Below, piece after piece: positions 1 through 9,125 of a DNA stretch of 64,000 nt; the first letter of the stretch is position 1; every line of letters begins with the position of its first letter. The DNA is from an uncultured bacterium. GTDB lineage: Bacteria > Armatimonadota > Hebobacteria > CAIYQO01. Location of the stretch: positions 5,680-69,679 of the forward strand of contig CAIYQO010000302.1 of the NCBI GenBank assembly GCA_903928345.1, in the 5' to 3' direction. The translations under genes were made by a program, and so were the position numbers. The notes below the pieces were generated by a model, which was given only the letters and a program-made list of their open reading frames with translations, was not told the DNA's origin and ran no database searches.

Positions 1-46
1 GGCGTTTGACAACGCCCGCCACAACGGCGCCACGTGGGGGACCGCC

Positions 47-1366
47 GTGGGCTGGCTGCGCGATGTCTTCTGCGGCGACACGACGACGGAGGGACTCTAC
101 GCCCCCGACGCGGGCATCTGCACCTACGCGGTGGGCTCGCGTCCCAAGGCCGGCGGTGACTACGGGTGGTTCTGGTGGCCGCAATGGGCGGGCCTGCTGC
201 ATTACCGCGCGCGCCTCACCGGCGACGCGGCGCTGGAAGCCCTATGCCTGCGCAACGACGACAAATTCGCCGCCTGGGCGGGCTCGCGCTCGCTGCAGCA
301 CGGCATCGCCGCCGGGGTGACCATCGCCCCGAGCATCTGGTGGGCCGCGGGCGGCGGTAAAGGCGGCGTACTCGCCGAGGCGCTGCGCGGGGTGCTGGAG
401 AACGCGTGTGCGGGTTCCGCCGCGGAGAACGGCACGCGCCGCAAGATGGACTACGGCGCGCAGGCCTCCATCGCGGAAGTGCTCCTCCTCGGCGCGCAGG
501 CCTACGACGCCCCGGCGATGCAAGCCCAGGCGCTGATCCTTCTCGACGAGATGGACACGCGGCTGGATGGGAATTTCTGGGAATTCAACATGGGCGAGGC
601 GGACAGCCTCATCCACGGCGGGCAGATTCGCAGCCTGGGCCACGGCCACGCGGTACTCGCCAACCTGCTGGCGCACCGCTGGCTGGGCGATGGGCGCTTC
701 CTGGCACAGGCGCACCGCTTTGCGCGCTACCTCCTCGCGGTGAGCTACGCCGCACACAACGGCTCTCACGACCCCGACTTCGACTGGCGCGGGTGGTGCA
801 ACGGCAGCAACGCCGGGCGCGACCAGATCGCCGAGTTCCCGCCCTGGGAGACGCAAAACGGCCTCCTCTGCCTGGCCTCGTTGATGGCGGAAACGGAGCT
901 GGAAGGCGGCTTCTACGACGTGCTGTGGTACATCGCGCGCACCGGCCTGGCGCAATTCCCCGCGGCGCGCAGCCTGAAGCGCGTGCTCGACGAGGAGATG
1001 GCGGTGCACTTCGTCCCGCGCGGGCAGATCGCCAGCGAGCGGGATTTCTACGACATCCTACCTTACCTGGCCTACGAAAACCCGCACGACCAGACGCTGC
1101 TGGCATCATATCAAGGCACCGACTGCGTGGTGGGAGAATTCGTCTACGGCGGCGGGTTGGCCCGCACCGACGACCCGCGCGTCGGGGTGGTCGTGCCCCG
1201 CGCCGCCCAACTCGACCTCGCCGAGTTGCACGAGCGCCGCGCCCACCTGTGGAACCCGACGCCGAACGTCATCACCACCACCCTCACCGCCGTCTGGCCC
1301 GGTGGGCGCACCACGTCGGCGCCCGTCACCGTGCCCCCGCGCGAGGTGGTGCGGGTGACGCTATGA
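47..1366 (+). CDS. Hypothetical protein, possibly (alpha/alpha)-toroid fold. It has LanC-like or glycosidase-like motifs (GHGH, WCNG). It may be 5'-partial at the window edge.
   Basis: Long ORF with coding-like composition. Its stop overlaps the next start (ATGA at 1363-1366). Motifs LGHGHAV and GWCNGSNAG are reminiscent of LanC-like or Cys-ligand toroid enzymes. I recognise no strong family. Confidence 0.45.
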   Translation: MGWLRDVFCGDTTTEGLYAPDAGICTYAVGSRPKAGGDYGWFWWPQWAGLLHYRARLTGDAALEALCLRNDDKFAAWAGSRSLQHGIAAGVTIAPSIWWAAGGGKGGVLAEALRGVLENACAGSAAENGTRRKMDYGAQASIAEVLLLGAQAYDAPAMQAQALILLDEMDTRLDGNFWEFNMGEADSLIHGGQIRSLGHGHAVLANLLAHRWLGDGRFLAQAHRFARYLLAVSYAAHNGSHDPDFDWRGWCNGSNAGRDQIAEFPPWETQNGLLCLASLMAETELEGGFYDVLWYIARTGLAQFPAARSLKRVLDEEMAVHFVPRGQIASERDFYDILPYLAYENPHDQTLLASYQGTDCVVGEFVYGGGLARTDDPRVGVVVPRAAQLDLAELHERRAHLWNPTPNVITTTLTAVWPGGRTTSAPVTVPPREVVRVTL

Positions 1367-2427
1367 GAAAGACTCATCCGTTAACCGAGCACGAAGCCGC
1401 CGTAGTGGCGAATTTGATCAGCGAGATTACTACGCGCCATCCCGGCGTTACTGGTGTGACATTAAAAGGTTCGGCGTGGAATCCGGCGCATCAGCTTCCC
1501 GAGGCGGATATCGATTTGAACTGGTGCGGGCAGGCGGATGCGGCCTTGGAAGATCCGCTGATGGGCTTTCGCGCCGTCTTCACCCGCGACGGCGTGCTGA
1601 TCGACTTGGCGACATGGTTCTGGAGCGATCTTGGCAAACCGGAGAGTTCCAGTCTCGCCACGGCAGTGAGCCTGGCGCGTAGCACCATCCTCTGGGAACG
1701 CGACGGAGCCTTCAGCGTCCCGCGCCGCGCAGTGCGTCGCCTACTTGCCGACCGGGCCTGGGTGTCCGAGAAGCTTGACAACGATTTCTCCGAATATCGC
1801 CGAACACTGACGTCCTGGCAGGATCCGGCGGCGCGGAACCCATTCGGGCACAACTGGGATTTCGCACGCCAAGTGTGCAATGTTTGGGGATTGGCCGCGT
1901 TGAGTTGCCTTCTGCTCCGCCCGCCGAGTGCCGGACGCAAGGGATTGATGGAAATCGTCGACTGTGCTAATCGGCTCGATGTCCCGTGGTACGGTGACAC
2001 GGTATTGCATGTGATGGGTGCGACGGATATCACCCCCAATGAGGCCGCATCCTGGATTGAGCGCGGTGCGGAGCTGCTGCAGGACGCCGAAGCCTTGCAT
2101 GCAGGCCTCGATCTCGGCCAGGGCTATTATTATCTCGCCGGGATACGCGCCATGGTGGAGCGCGGGTGCCACCGCGAAGCGGTATGGCCGTACTGGCGGG
2201 TGACGCATACGTTGGCGCGGGAGCTAGCCGCGACGCCGCTCGCGGTACTCGCCGACGAAACAGCACATGCACTGCGCGTACGCACCGGTCTGGTAGATGA
2301 TGGCGCCATCTCGGCGCGTCTGCCGTGGATTGCCGACGCGATCGATCGACTATACGCAGAAATACCGCGCCTGTTAGAGCGGTATTTCGCGGAATTGCCG
2401 ATGGTAAGCGCAACCTGGAAAGACTGA
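1363..2427 (+). CDS. Pol-beta superfamily nucleotidyltransferase-like protein (minimal NTase N-domain plus helical C-domain).
   Basis: The real ATG at 1363 follows the upstream stop (ATGA overlap). The motif G-S-x13-D-I-D (LKGSAWNPAHQLPEADIDL) fits the NTase fold signature. The listed 406..2427 ORF is a frame artefact upstream of 1363. Confidence 0.5.
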   Translation: MRKTHPLTEHEAAVVANLISEITTRHPGVTGVTLKGSAWNPAHQLPEADIDLNWCGQADAALEDPLMGFRAVFTRDGVLIDLATWFWSDLGKPESSSLATAVSLARSTILWERDGAFSVPRRAVRRLLADRAWVSEKLDNDFSEYRRTLTSWQDPAARNPFGHNWDFARQVCNVWGLAALSCLLLRPPSAGRKGLMEIVDCANRLDVPWYGDTVLHVMGATDITPNEAASWIERGAELLQDAEALHAGLDLGQGYYYLAGIRAMVERGCHREAVWPYWRVTHTLARELAATPLAVLADETAHALRVRTGLVDDGAISARLPWIADAIDRLYAEIPRLLERYFAELPMVSATWKD

Positions 2428-2485
2428 AGGGACGATATGAACGGTTTCCCTAACGTGACCAAGGAGAAGAGACAGGGAGGCGCGT

Positions 2486-3919
2486 ATGCCTGATCGTCGA
2501 TCCCTACCGCGCAGCACGCCCGAAGCTCAGGGTGTGGCCTCGGCGGCGGTGCTGGCCTTGCTCGCGGATATTGACGCGAACGTATCCGAGCTGCATAGCC
2601 TGATGCTGTTGCGGCACGGGCAGGTGATTGCCGAAGGCTGGTGGGCGCCGTATGCGTCCCACTCCCCGCACATGCTCTTCTCCCTGAGCAAGAGCTTCAC
2701 GTCCACCGCGGTGGGCATCGCGGTGGCGGAAGGCCGGCTGTCGGTCGACGATTGCGTGCTCTCCTTCTTCCCCGAGGACGCGCCGCCCGCGCCTGACGCC
2801 AATCTGCGCGCCATGCGCGTGCGCCACCTGCTGTCGATGTCGACCGGACACGACCACGACACCACGGACCACACACGCGCGCACGAGAACTGGGTGCAGG
2901 CGTTCCTCTCCCTGCCCGTCGAACACGTGCCCGGCACGCACTTCTGCTACAACACCGCGGCTACCTATATGCTCTCGGCCATCCTGCAAAAGTTGACCGG
3001 GGAGACGTTGCTCGACTACCTGCGCCCGCGCCTCTTCGCGCCACTCGGTATCACCGCGCCGACCTGGGAGACCTGCCCGCGCGGGATCAACACCGGCGGC
3101 TTCGGCCTGTCCGTCACTACCGAGGACATCGCACGCTTCGGGCAGCTTTATCTGAACAACGGGCTGTGGCATGGGCGGCGTTTGGTCAGCGCGGCCTGGA
3201 TCGCGGAAGCGACTACCGGGCAGGTCAGCAACGGCGACGACCCCAACAGCGATTGGCAACAGGGGTACGGGTATCAATTCTGGCGGTGCCGGCATAACTG
3301 CTACCGCGGCGACGGCGCGTTCGGGCAATATTGCGTGGTCATGCCCGACCAGGATGCCGTGCTGGCGATCACCGGCGGCCTCGGCGACATGCAGGCGGTG
3401 CTGACCAAGGTGTGGGACCACTTGCTGCCTGGCTTCGCCCCCGCGGCGTTGACCCCCGACTGCGACGCGCAGGCGCGTTTGTCCGACCGGCTGGCCGCCC
3501 TGCGTCACGATCCCCCCACCGGGCAGGCCACCTCGCCGTTGGCGGCACAGGTATCCGGGCGGGAGATACGCCTCGCGCCCAATGCCCCGGGCATCGATGC
3601 GCTGCAATGCACCTTCGGCGACGACGGCATCACGCTCACGTTCCAACAGGGGCGGCGGCGGCGGGCGGTCACCTGCGGCCTGAACGCATGGCAAACGAGC
3701 CGCATCGGCACCCCCCTGCTCCCACGCCCCGCGCAAGTGGCCGCCGCAGGTTGCTGGACCACCCCTGACACCGTGCAACTTGTCCTGCGCTACTACGAGA
3801 CGCCGTTCTACCAGACGCTCACGCTCCGCTTTACCGAGGCGGGTGCCGAGGTAGCCGTGGCGACCAATGTCTCCTTTGGGAGCAACGAAGCGTTGCAACT
3901 CGTGGGCACTTTCGCCTGA
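2486..3919 (+). CDS. Serine hydrolase of the beta-lactamase family (class C / esterase-like).
   Basis: SxxK motif (FSLSKSF) and Y-x-N motif (CYNTAA). Length 477 aa. Tightly packed in the same plus-strand operon. Confidence 0.75.
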   Translation: MPDRRSLPRSTPEAQGVASAAVLALLADIDANVSELHSLMLLRHGQVIAEGWWAPYASHSPHMLFSLSKSFTSTAVGIAVAEGRLSVDDCVLSFFPEDAPPAPDANLRAMRVRHLLSMSTGHDHDTTDHTRAHENWVQAFLSLPVEHVPGTHFCYNTAATYMLSAILQKLTGETLLDYLRPRLFAPLGITAPTWETCPRGINTGGFGLSVTTEDIARFGQLYLNNGLWHGRRLVSAAWIAEATTGQVSNGDDPNSDWQQGYGYQFWRCRHNCYRGDGAFGQYCVVMPDQDAVLAITGGLGDMQAVLTKVWDHLLPGFAPAALTPDCDAQARLSDRLAALRHDPPTGQATSPLAAQVSGREIRLAPNAPGIDALQCTFGDDGITLTFQQGRRRRAVTCGLNAWQTSRIGTPLLPRPAQVAAAGCWTTPDTVQLVLRYYETPFYQTLTLRFTEAGAEVAVATNVSFGSNEALQLVGTFA

Positions 3920-3939
3920 GACCGGAGAATGGATGCGCC

Positions 3940-5016
3940 ATGTCATCTGCGCTGACCCATCGCGAACGCGTTTTGCTGGCGCTGGACCACCGGGAGACGG
4001 ACCGCGTGCCGATCTCGATGATCGGCTCGTTCATCAACCCGCCGGCGCGGGCGCGGCTGGATGCCTACCTGCGCCGGGAGCGCGGGATGAGCAGCGACGC
4101 GTACCTGGCGGAGGCCGTTGATCTGCGCGCCGTGGCACCGCGCTACGTCGGCCCGACGCTTCCCACGGGCACGGATGAGTGGGGGGTGCACCGCACCGCG
4201 ATCTCCTTCGGCGCGGATGCCTACGACGAGATCGATAACTACCCGCTGGGTGAGATGACCGATATCGCCGACCTCGACGCCCACCGCTGGCCGCGTCCAG
4301 AGTGGTTCGACTACTCCGTGCTCCCCGAGCAGATCGCCGCCGCGCGCGCGGGGGGTGACTACGCCACCTGGCTTTATTTCCCGACGAACCCCTTCGAAGC
4401 GAGCTGGTACCTGTTCGGTTTCGAGCGCATCTTTGAAGCGATGCTCGAGACGCCCGAGCTGGTACACACCCTGCTGGAGCGCGTTACCGACTGTATGGCC
4501 GCCCGGCTACGTGCCGCGCTGGAGGCGGTGGACGGGGGATTCGACCTTGTCTACACCGGCGACGACATCGCCGGGCAGCAGGGGCTGCTCATGTCGTTGG
4601 GCATGTGGGAGACCTTCGTGAAGCCGTGCCACCAGCGGCTGAACGCCATCAGCCACGAGTTCGGCACGCGGGTCATCTACCACTCCGACGGCGCGGTGAC
4701 CGCCGCGGTGCCGGGGTTGCTGGACATGGGGATCGACGTGCTGGAAGCCCTGCAGTTCGACGCCGCGGGGATGGACCCCGCCGACCTGAAAACGCGCTTC
4801 GGCGACCGCCTGTGCTTCGCCGGCGGGGTCAGCGTGCAGCACACCCTCCCCTTCGGCACCCCGGACGACGTGCGCGCGGAAGTCCGCCACCTGCGCACCA
4901 CCCTCGGCCACCACGGCGGCTACCTCCTCGGCCCCTCGCACGCCATCCAGGCCGACACCTCAGCGGAAAATATCGTGGCGCTGTTCGACACGGCGCTGGA
5001 GACGGTCGCCGGGTGA
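3940..5016 (+). CDS. Uroporphyrinogen decarboxylase (URO-D) family protein, non-HemE type.
   Basis: URO-D-like N-terminus (RVPISMIG instead of the HemE PVWxMRQAGR) and conserved C-terminal block (VIYHSDG...GMDPADLK...FAGGV). Starts 21 nt after the upstream gene. Confidence 0.65.
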   Translation: MSSALTHRERVLLALDHRETDRVPISMIGSFINPPARARLDAYLRRERGMSSDAYLAEAVDLRAVAPRYVGPTLPTGTDEWGVHRTAISFGADAYDEIDNYPLGEMTDIADLDAHRWPRPEWFDYSVLPEQIAAARAGGDYATWLYFPTNPFEASWYLFGFERIFEAMLETPELVHTLLERVTDCMAARLRAALEAVDGGFDLVYTGDDIAGQQGLLMSLGMWETFVKPCHQRLNAISHEFGTRVIYHSDGAVTAAVPGLLDMGIDVLEALQFDAAGMDPADLKTRFGDRLCFAGGVSVQHTLPFGTPDDVRAEVRHLRTTLGHHGGYLLGPSHAIQADTSAENIVALFDTALETVAG

Positions 5017-5096
5017 GGTGCCGAATCAGGTTAACGACAACTTTGAGAGGGCGAGCGTACCCGCGAGCCGCGTCGGATGCACCGTTGTGAAAAGCG

Positions 5097-5148
5097 GAGA
5101 CGGCCTGTGCGTGTGAACAAATCGCACGTACAGGCCGTCTCTTTTTTT
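5097..5148 (+). terminator. Rho-independent terminator, likely bidirectional, nested inside an 18-nt outer inverted repeat.
   Basis: 12-bp perfect stem gagacggcctgt/acaggccgtctc followed by T7. Outer IR gcgagcgtacccgcgagc at 5051-5068 and 5171-5188. Confidence 0.65.
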
Positions 5149-5205
5149 ACCCACACCCGCCTCGCCCGTAGCTCGCGGGTACGCTCGCGCTCCCAAGTCA
5201 GGCAG

Positions 5206-6150
5206 TTACGCCTCCAGTACCGCCATCTCCCGCTCGCGGAAGTAGGTGGCGGTTTGCTGCACCAGGTGGCGCAGCAGGGCGGGGTCGGGTTTGCCGTGCA
5301 TGGCGGGGTACGGGTCGCCGCCGGGACCGAGGGGCTCGGGGGTGACGTAGCAGCCCGGGCGGTTGAAGCCGATAAGGTAGAGCACCATAATGACCGTGTC
5401 GATGTCCAGCGCGCCCTCGCCCAGCGCGCAGCGGTTGCTGTCCGCCAGGTGCAGGTTGGCGAGCATCGGCCCGGCGTCGAGCAGCGCCATGCCGAGGTGG
5501 CTCTCTTCACTCTGCATATGGTACAGGTCGGCGTTGATGTGCTGCACGCCGGGGTGGTTCAGCGCGGCGATGTACGTCTTCGCGTCGGCAATGGTGTGGC
5601 AGAAGCTCACCTCGGCGGAGCGGATAGGCTCCACGGCGCCCTGCACGCCCGCGGCGACGAAACGGTCGGCCACCAGGCTCAGCGTGGCGATGGAACGCTC
5701 GAACTCGGAGTCGTCATACGGGGTCGGGCGGCCTACCGCGCCGGGCACCACCAGGATGTACCCCGCCTTAACTTCGGCGGAGAAGTCGATGGTGCGCTTC
5801 AGGTAGTCCACCGCCGCCTGCCGCGTCAGCCCGCTGTTGCTCGAGAGGTCGCTCTCTTTGGAGAACATGCCGCAGATGCCCCCCACGGTGATGCCGTGCT
5901 CCGCCAGCACGCGCAGCGTCTCCGCCGGCTTATAGCCCAAATCGGCGCCGTAGTGGTTGCCGTGCAACTCGATAAAGCGGATGTCCGCCTCCGCGAGCCG
6001 CGCCGCCGACGCCGCCAGCGGCTCCATCCCGAACCCCCAGTTGCTCCACGACAGGTTCAGCCGCGCCCGCAACCGCCCCGGCTCCTGCGTCTTCAACAGC
6101 GCAAAGCGCGCCCGAATCTCGTCATTCTTCACCTGAAAATGCTGCTTCAT
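5206..6150 (-). CDS. Sugar phosphate isomerase/epimerase (xylose-isomerase-like TIM barrel).
   Basis: 314-aa ORF with TIM-barrel sugar isomerase-like blocks (IELHG...GITVGG...HLADSN). Confidence 0.7.
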   Translation of the reverse strand: MKQHFQVKNDEIRARFALLKTQEPGRLRARLNLSWSNWGFGMEPLAASAARLAEADIRFIELHGNHYGADLGYKPAETLRVLAEHGITVGGICGMFSKESDLSSNSGLTRQAAVDYLKRTIDFSAEVKAGYILVVPGAVGRPTPYDDSEFERSIATLSLVADRFVAAGVQGAVEPIRSAEVSFCHTIADAKTYIAALNHPGVQHINADLYHMQSEESHLGMALLDAGPMLANLHLADSNRCALGEGALDIDTVIMVLYLIGFNRPGCYVTPEPLGPGGDPYPAMHGKPDPALLRHLVQQTATYFREREMAVLEA

Positions 6151-6198
6151 CCCGTTTCTCCTCTGTGAAAATCTGTGAAATCTGTGGTTTCTCGTCCT

Positions 6199-7209
6199 CT
6201 ACCGCCCGTAAATTTCCTTGCTCAGCGCGAAGAACTCCTCGCACATCGCGTCGATGGCGGCGCGGGTGTGGCCGGCGCCGACGGGGTCGGTGTACCAGCG
6301 CGGGATGAGCCCGCCGGCGGGACGGCCCAGCGTCTGCGTCATCCGGCGGGCATAGGCGCGCACCTCCGGCAGCGAGCGCTGCATGCCCATCTGGATATCC
6401 ACCCCGCTGAAAAAGGTCAGGCGCCCCCCGAAACGTTTCCCGAGCAGCTCGAGGCCCATATTCTCCTGCTGGTCCATGTGGACGACATCCAGCCCGATCT
6501 CGATAAGGTCGTCCAGGATGTCCACGATATAGCCGCAACTATGCAAAAACGTGCGCAGGCCGCGCGCGTGGGCGGCAGCGAAGACGCGCGCATAAGCGGG
6601 CTTCCAGATTTCGCGCCAACTCGTCGGGGAGATCATCAACCGGTTCTGCAGCCCCCAGTCGTCGCAGAAGATCAGGGCGTCCGCGCCGGCAGCCGCGAAC
6701 TTCTCCACCGCGACCAGGTTCATCTCCACCAGGATATCCAGCAGCGCCTTCAACTCGTCGGGATACTCGTAGATATCCGTCCAGGTGTTCTCCAACCCGC
6801 GGATGAAGTGGATGCGCTCGTACAGGGAGACGCCGTAGGAGAGCAGAAACTTGTCCCCGGCGCGCTCGCGGGCACCCTCGAGGGCGGTCCAGCGCGACGG
6901 GTCGTGGATGTCGGGGATGTGGAGCTTGTCGAAATCCGCCCAGTCGAGCAGCGGGTAGACCTTCACCTCGCCGAGTTGCGTGGTGCCCAGATTCTCCCAC
7001 ACCGCGCCCCATTCGTCGGTACCGCTGGCCGGGCGCCCGTCGGGGCTGGGACTCATGCCCATCCCGGCAAAGTCGCTGCCGTAGGGGTCGGGAAAGTCGA
7101 AGGGGAAGCGGTCGGGCCCGGAAAAGGTGATCGCGGCGTGCACCACCTCGCGGCTGGTCATCATGGCGGAGTCTCCCATTGCGAAACTGCGCCGATGGTA
7201 ACAGCGCAC
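6199..7209 (-). CDS. URO-D family protein, second paralog.
   Basis: 336-aa ORF with URO-D-family architecture (LIFCDDWG, FFSGVD). Exact start uncertain (several in-frame Met). Confidence 0.6.
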   Translation of the reverse strand: MRCYHRRSFAMGDSAMMTSREVVHAAITFSGPDRFPFDFPDPYGSDFAGMGMSPSPDGRPASGTDEWGAVWENLGTTQLGEVKVYPLLDWADFDKLHIPDIHDPSRWTALEGARERAGDKFLLSYGVSLYERIHFIRGLENTWTDIYEYPDELKALLDILVEMNLVAVEKFAAAGADALIFCDDWGLQNRLMISPTSWREIWKPAYARVFAAAHARGLRTFLHSCGYIVDILDDLIEIGLDVVHMDQQENMGLELLGKRFGGRLTFFSGVDIQMGMQRSLPEVRAYARRMTQTLGRPAGGLIPRWYTDPVGAGHTRAAIDAMCEEFFALSKEIYGR

Positions 7210-7282
7210 GCGACCGCCGTCAAGGGGGATTACGGTTGCAGATTGGTTAGCAAGCGACTGTTTAAATTACCCAACCCTCGGT

Positions 7283-7288
7283 TATAAT
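7283..7288 (+). promoter_or_regulatory. Candidate -10 hexamer (TATAAT) upstream of rtcB.
   Basis: gttATAATagct sits 32 nt upstream of the rtcB ATG. AT hexamers are rare at this GC content. The same TATAATAG(CT) motif recurs at 44328 and 17159 (rc). Confidence 0.35.
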
Positions 7289-7320
7289 AGCTTTCCCTGG
7301 CGGGGAGAAAGAGCTTGGAG

Positions 7321-8769
7321 ATGTTGAAACAGGAGTTTGTGAAGATCACGGAGCAGATCTTCGAGGTGCCGGTGACGTATCGCGCGGGAATGCGCGTGCC
7401 GGCGCGGGTGGTGGCGGACGAGCGGATTTTGGAAGCCGCCCTCGGGGACAATTCGACCGAGCAGTTGGTGAACACCACCATGCTGCCCGGCGTGGTGCGC
7501 TACGCGCTGGCCATGCCGGACATCCACCAGGGGTACGGGCCGCCCATCGGCTGGGTGATTCCCATCGACGCCGCGACGGGCGTCATCTCCCCCGGCGCCA
7601 CGGGGTACGACATCAACTGCGGCGTGCGCCTGTTGCGCGCCGAGGTGGAAGCCGACGAGGTGGTGCCCTTCATGGACGGCCTGGTGCGCGCGCTCTTCAA
7701 CAACGTGCCAAGCGGCGTGGGCAAAGGCGGGGCACTGCGCCTCTCCGACCACGACATGGAAGGCGTGCTGGAAGACGGTGCGCGCTGGGCGGTGCGCAAA
7801 GGTTACGGCGTGCAGGAGGACCTGGAGGTTACCGAAGAAGGCGGCGCCATGCCCGGTGCCGACGCGACGACGGTCAGCCCCTCCGCCAAAGCGCGCGGGC
7901 GCGACCAACTCGGCACGCTGGGCAGCGGCAACCACTTCATCGAGGTGGGCAAGGTCACGGAAATCTTCGACCCCGCCATTGCGGAGGCCTTCGGTCTCTT
8001 CGCGGGGCAGGTGGTGGTGTGGATTCACTCCGGCTCGCGCGGGCTGGGGCACCAGGTCTGCACGGACTACGTGAAGCGCATGCAGAAGTCGGTACGCGAC
8101 TACGATATCACCCTCCCCGACCGCGAGCTGGTGTGCGCGCCCTTCACCTCCCCGGAGGGGCAGGAATACTTCGCGGCAATGGCGGCGGCGGCCAACTTCG
8201 CGTGGGCCAACCGCCAGGCGATGGCGCACCTGGTGCGCCAGACCTTCGACGACGCGCTGGCCGGCAAGGTGCGCCGCCGGGAGTTGCACCAGCTCTACGA
8301 CGTGACGCACAATATCGTAAAGCGCGAGACGTACGAGATCGACGGCGTCGCGCGTGACCTTATCGTGCACCGCAAAGGCGCCACACGGGCCTTCGGACCG
8401 GGGCGCGTCGAAGTGCCGCGCGCCTACCGCGCCGTCGGGCAGCCGGTGCTGGTGCCCGGCAACATGGGCACGGCGAGTTACATCCTGGTAGGCACCGAGA
8501 CAGCGATGACCACCACCTTCGGCAGCGCCTGCCACGGCGCCGGACGCGCCATGAGCCGCTCGAAAGCGCTCAAACAGGTGGACGGCCACATGCTGCAGGA
8601 GCGGCTGGCCCGCGCCGGCATCGTGGTGCGCGGCGGCAGTTGGGACGGCCTGGCCGAGGAAGCCCCGGAGGCGTACAAGAACGTCGACCTCGTGGTCAAC
8701 GTGGTGCACCAGGCCGGCATCGCCCGTAAAGTCGCCCGCACCGTGCCCCTCGGCGTCATCAAGGGGTAG
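7321..8769 (+). CDS. rtcB: RNA-splicing ligase RtcB (3'-phosphate/5'-OH RNA ligase).
   Basis: Hallmark motifs MPDIHQGYG, GYDINCGVR and GSGNHFIEV. The listed ORF begins at a TTG (7315). The ATG at 7321 aligns with archaeal and Thermus RtcB N-termini. Confidence 0.9.
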   Translation: MLKQEFVKITEQIFEVPVTYRAGMRVPARVVADERILEAALGDNSTEQLVNTTMLPGVVRYALAMPDIHQGYGPPIGWVIPIDAATGVISPGATGYDINCGVRLLRAEVEADEVVPFMDGLVRALFNNVPSGVGKGGALRLSDHDMEGVLEDGARWAVRKGYGVQEDLEVTEEGGAMPGADATTVSPSAKARGRDQLGTLGSGNHFIEVGKVTEIFDPAIAEAFGLFAGQVVVWIHSGSRGLGHQVCTDYVKRMQKSVRDYDITLPDRELVCAPFTSPEGQEYFAAMAAAANFAWANRQAMAHLVRQTFDDALAGKVRRRELHQLYDVTHNIVKRETYEIDGVARDLIVHRKGATRAFGPGRVEVPRAYRAVGQPVLVPGNMGTASYILVGTETAMTTTFGSACHGAGRAMSRSKALKQVDGHMLQERLARAGIVVRGGSWDGLAEEAPEAYKNVDLVVNVVHQAGIARKVARTVPLGVIKG

Positions 8770-8826
8770 CGAAAGGTCGGTTCGCTTACGGGAATCTCTC
8801 CTAGACGCGGCCCCCCACCACCCTGA

Positions 8827-8998
8827 CCCCCTCCCCCGTAACGTCCTGTGACAGGGGAGGGGGAATCGGAATAACAAGTGTAGGCGCAGGCTTTAGCCTG
8901 CGATAAGTACTGGTACCGCTTGCAATATCGAGCGCAGGCTGAAGCCTGCGGCTACATTTTCTCCCTTCCCCCCTCACAGGACGTTACGGGGGAAGGGT
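8827..8998. repeat. Composite palindromic element: two inverted copies of a ~38-nt hairpin module flank two REP-like units GCGCAGGCTnnnAGCCTGCGGCTAC.
   Basis: Hairpin cccctcccc/ggggagggg with loop gtaacgtcctgtgaca (8827-8864) and its inverse cccttccccc/gggggaaggg with loop ctcacaggacgttac (8963-8998). Between them are gcgcaggctttagcctgcg (8883-8902) and gcgcaggctgaagcctgcggctac (8932-8955). Confidence 0.6.
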
Positions 8999-9125
8999 CG
9001 GGGATGGGGGGGCGCGCCGACAGGCGCGGAACCGCAAAGTAAACCGGATTGGGTAGCGCCATATTTTAGTTTTTAGCTTTTGTCTTGCATGATAGCCGCA
9101 AGGGATGTCGAATACAGAGGTTGTT

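Noticed and set aside
242-1109. Long minus-strand ORFs (255 aa, 166 aa) overlapping the plus-strand genes at the left edge.
   Set aside because: They are Arg/Ala/Pro-rich with no start context. These are typical antisense shadow ORFs of high-GC coding sequence.
2504-3946. 480-aa minus-strand ORF antisense to the beta-lactamase-family gene.
   Set aside because: Low-complexity R/G/A-rich translation. The plus-strand gene has clear SxxK and YxN motifs.
5051-5188. The outer 18-nt inverted repeat around the terminator, considered as a mobile-element TIR.
   Set aside because: Only ~140 nt between the repeats and no ORF inside. More likely a nested terminator or REP-type structure.
7282-8877. 531-aa minus-strand ORF opposite rtcB.
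   Set aside because: rtcB motifs are unambiguous on the plus strand. The antisense ORF is compositional.
8770-9104. Possible tRNA or CRISPR in the large rtcB-downstream intergenic region, and a scan of other intergenic gaps.
   Set aside because: No cloverleaf-compatible sequence (no GTTCRAATC T-loop). The repeats are palindromic, not direct repeats with unique spacers. I found no tRNA, rRNA or CRISPR anywhere in the window.
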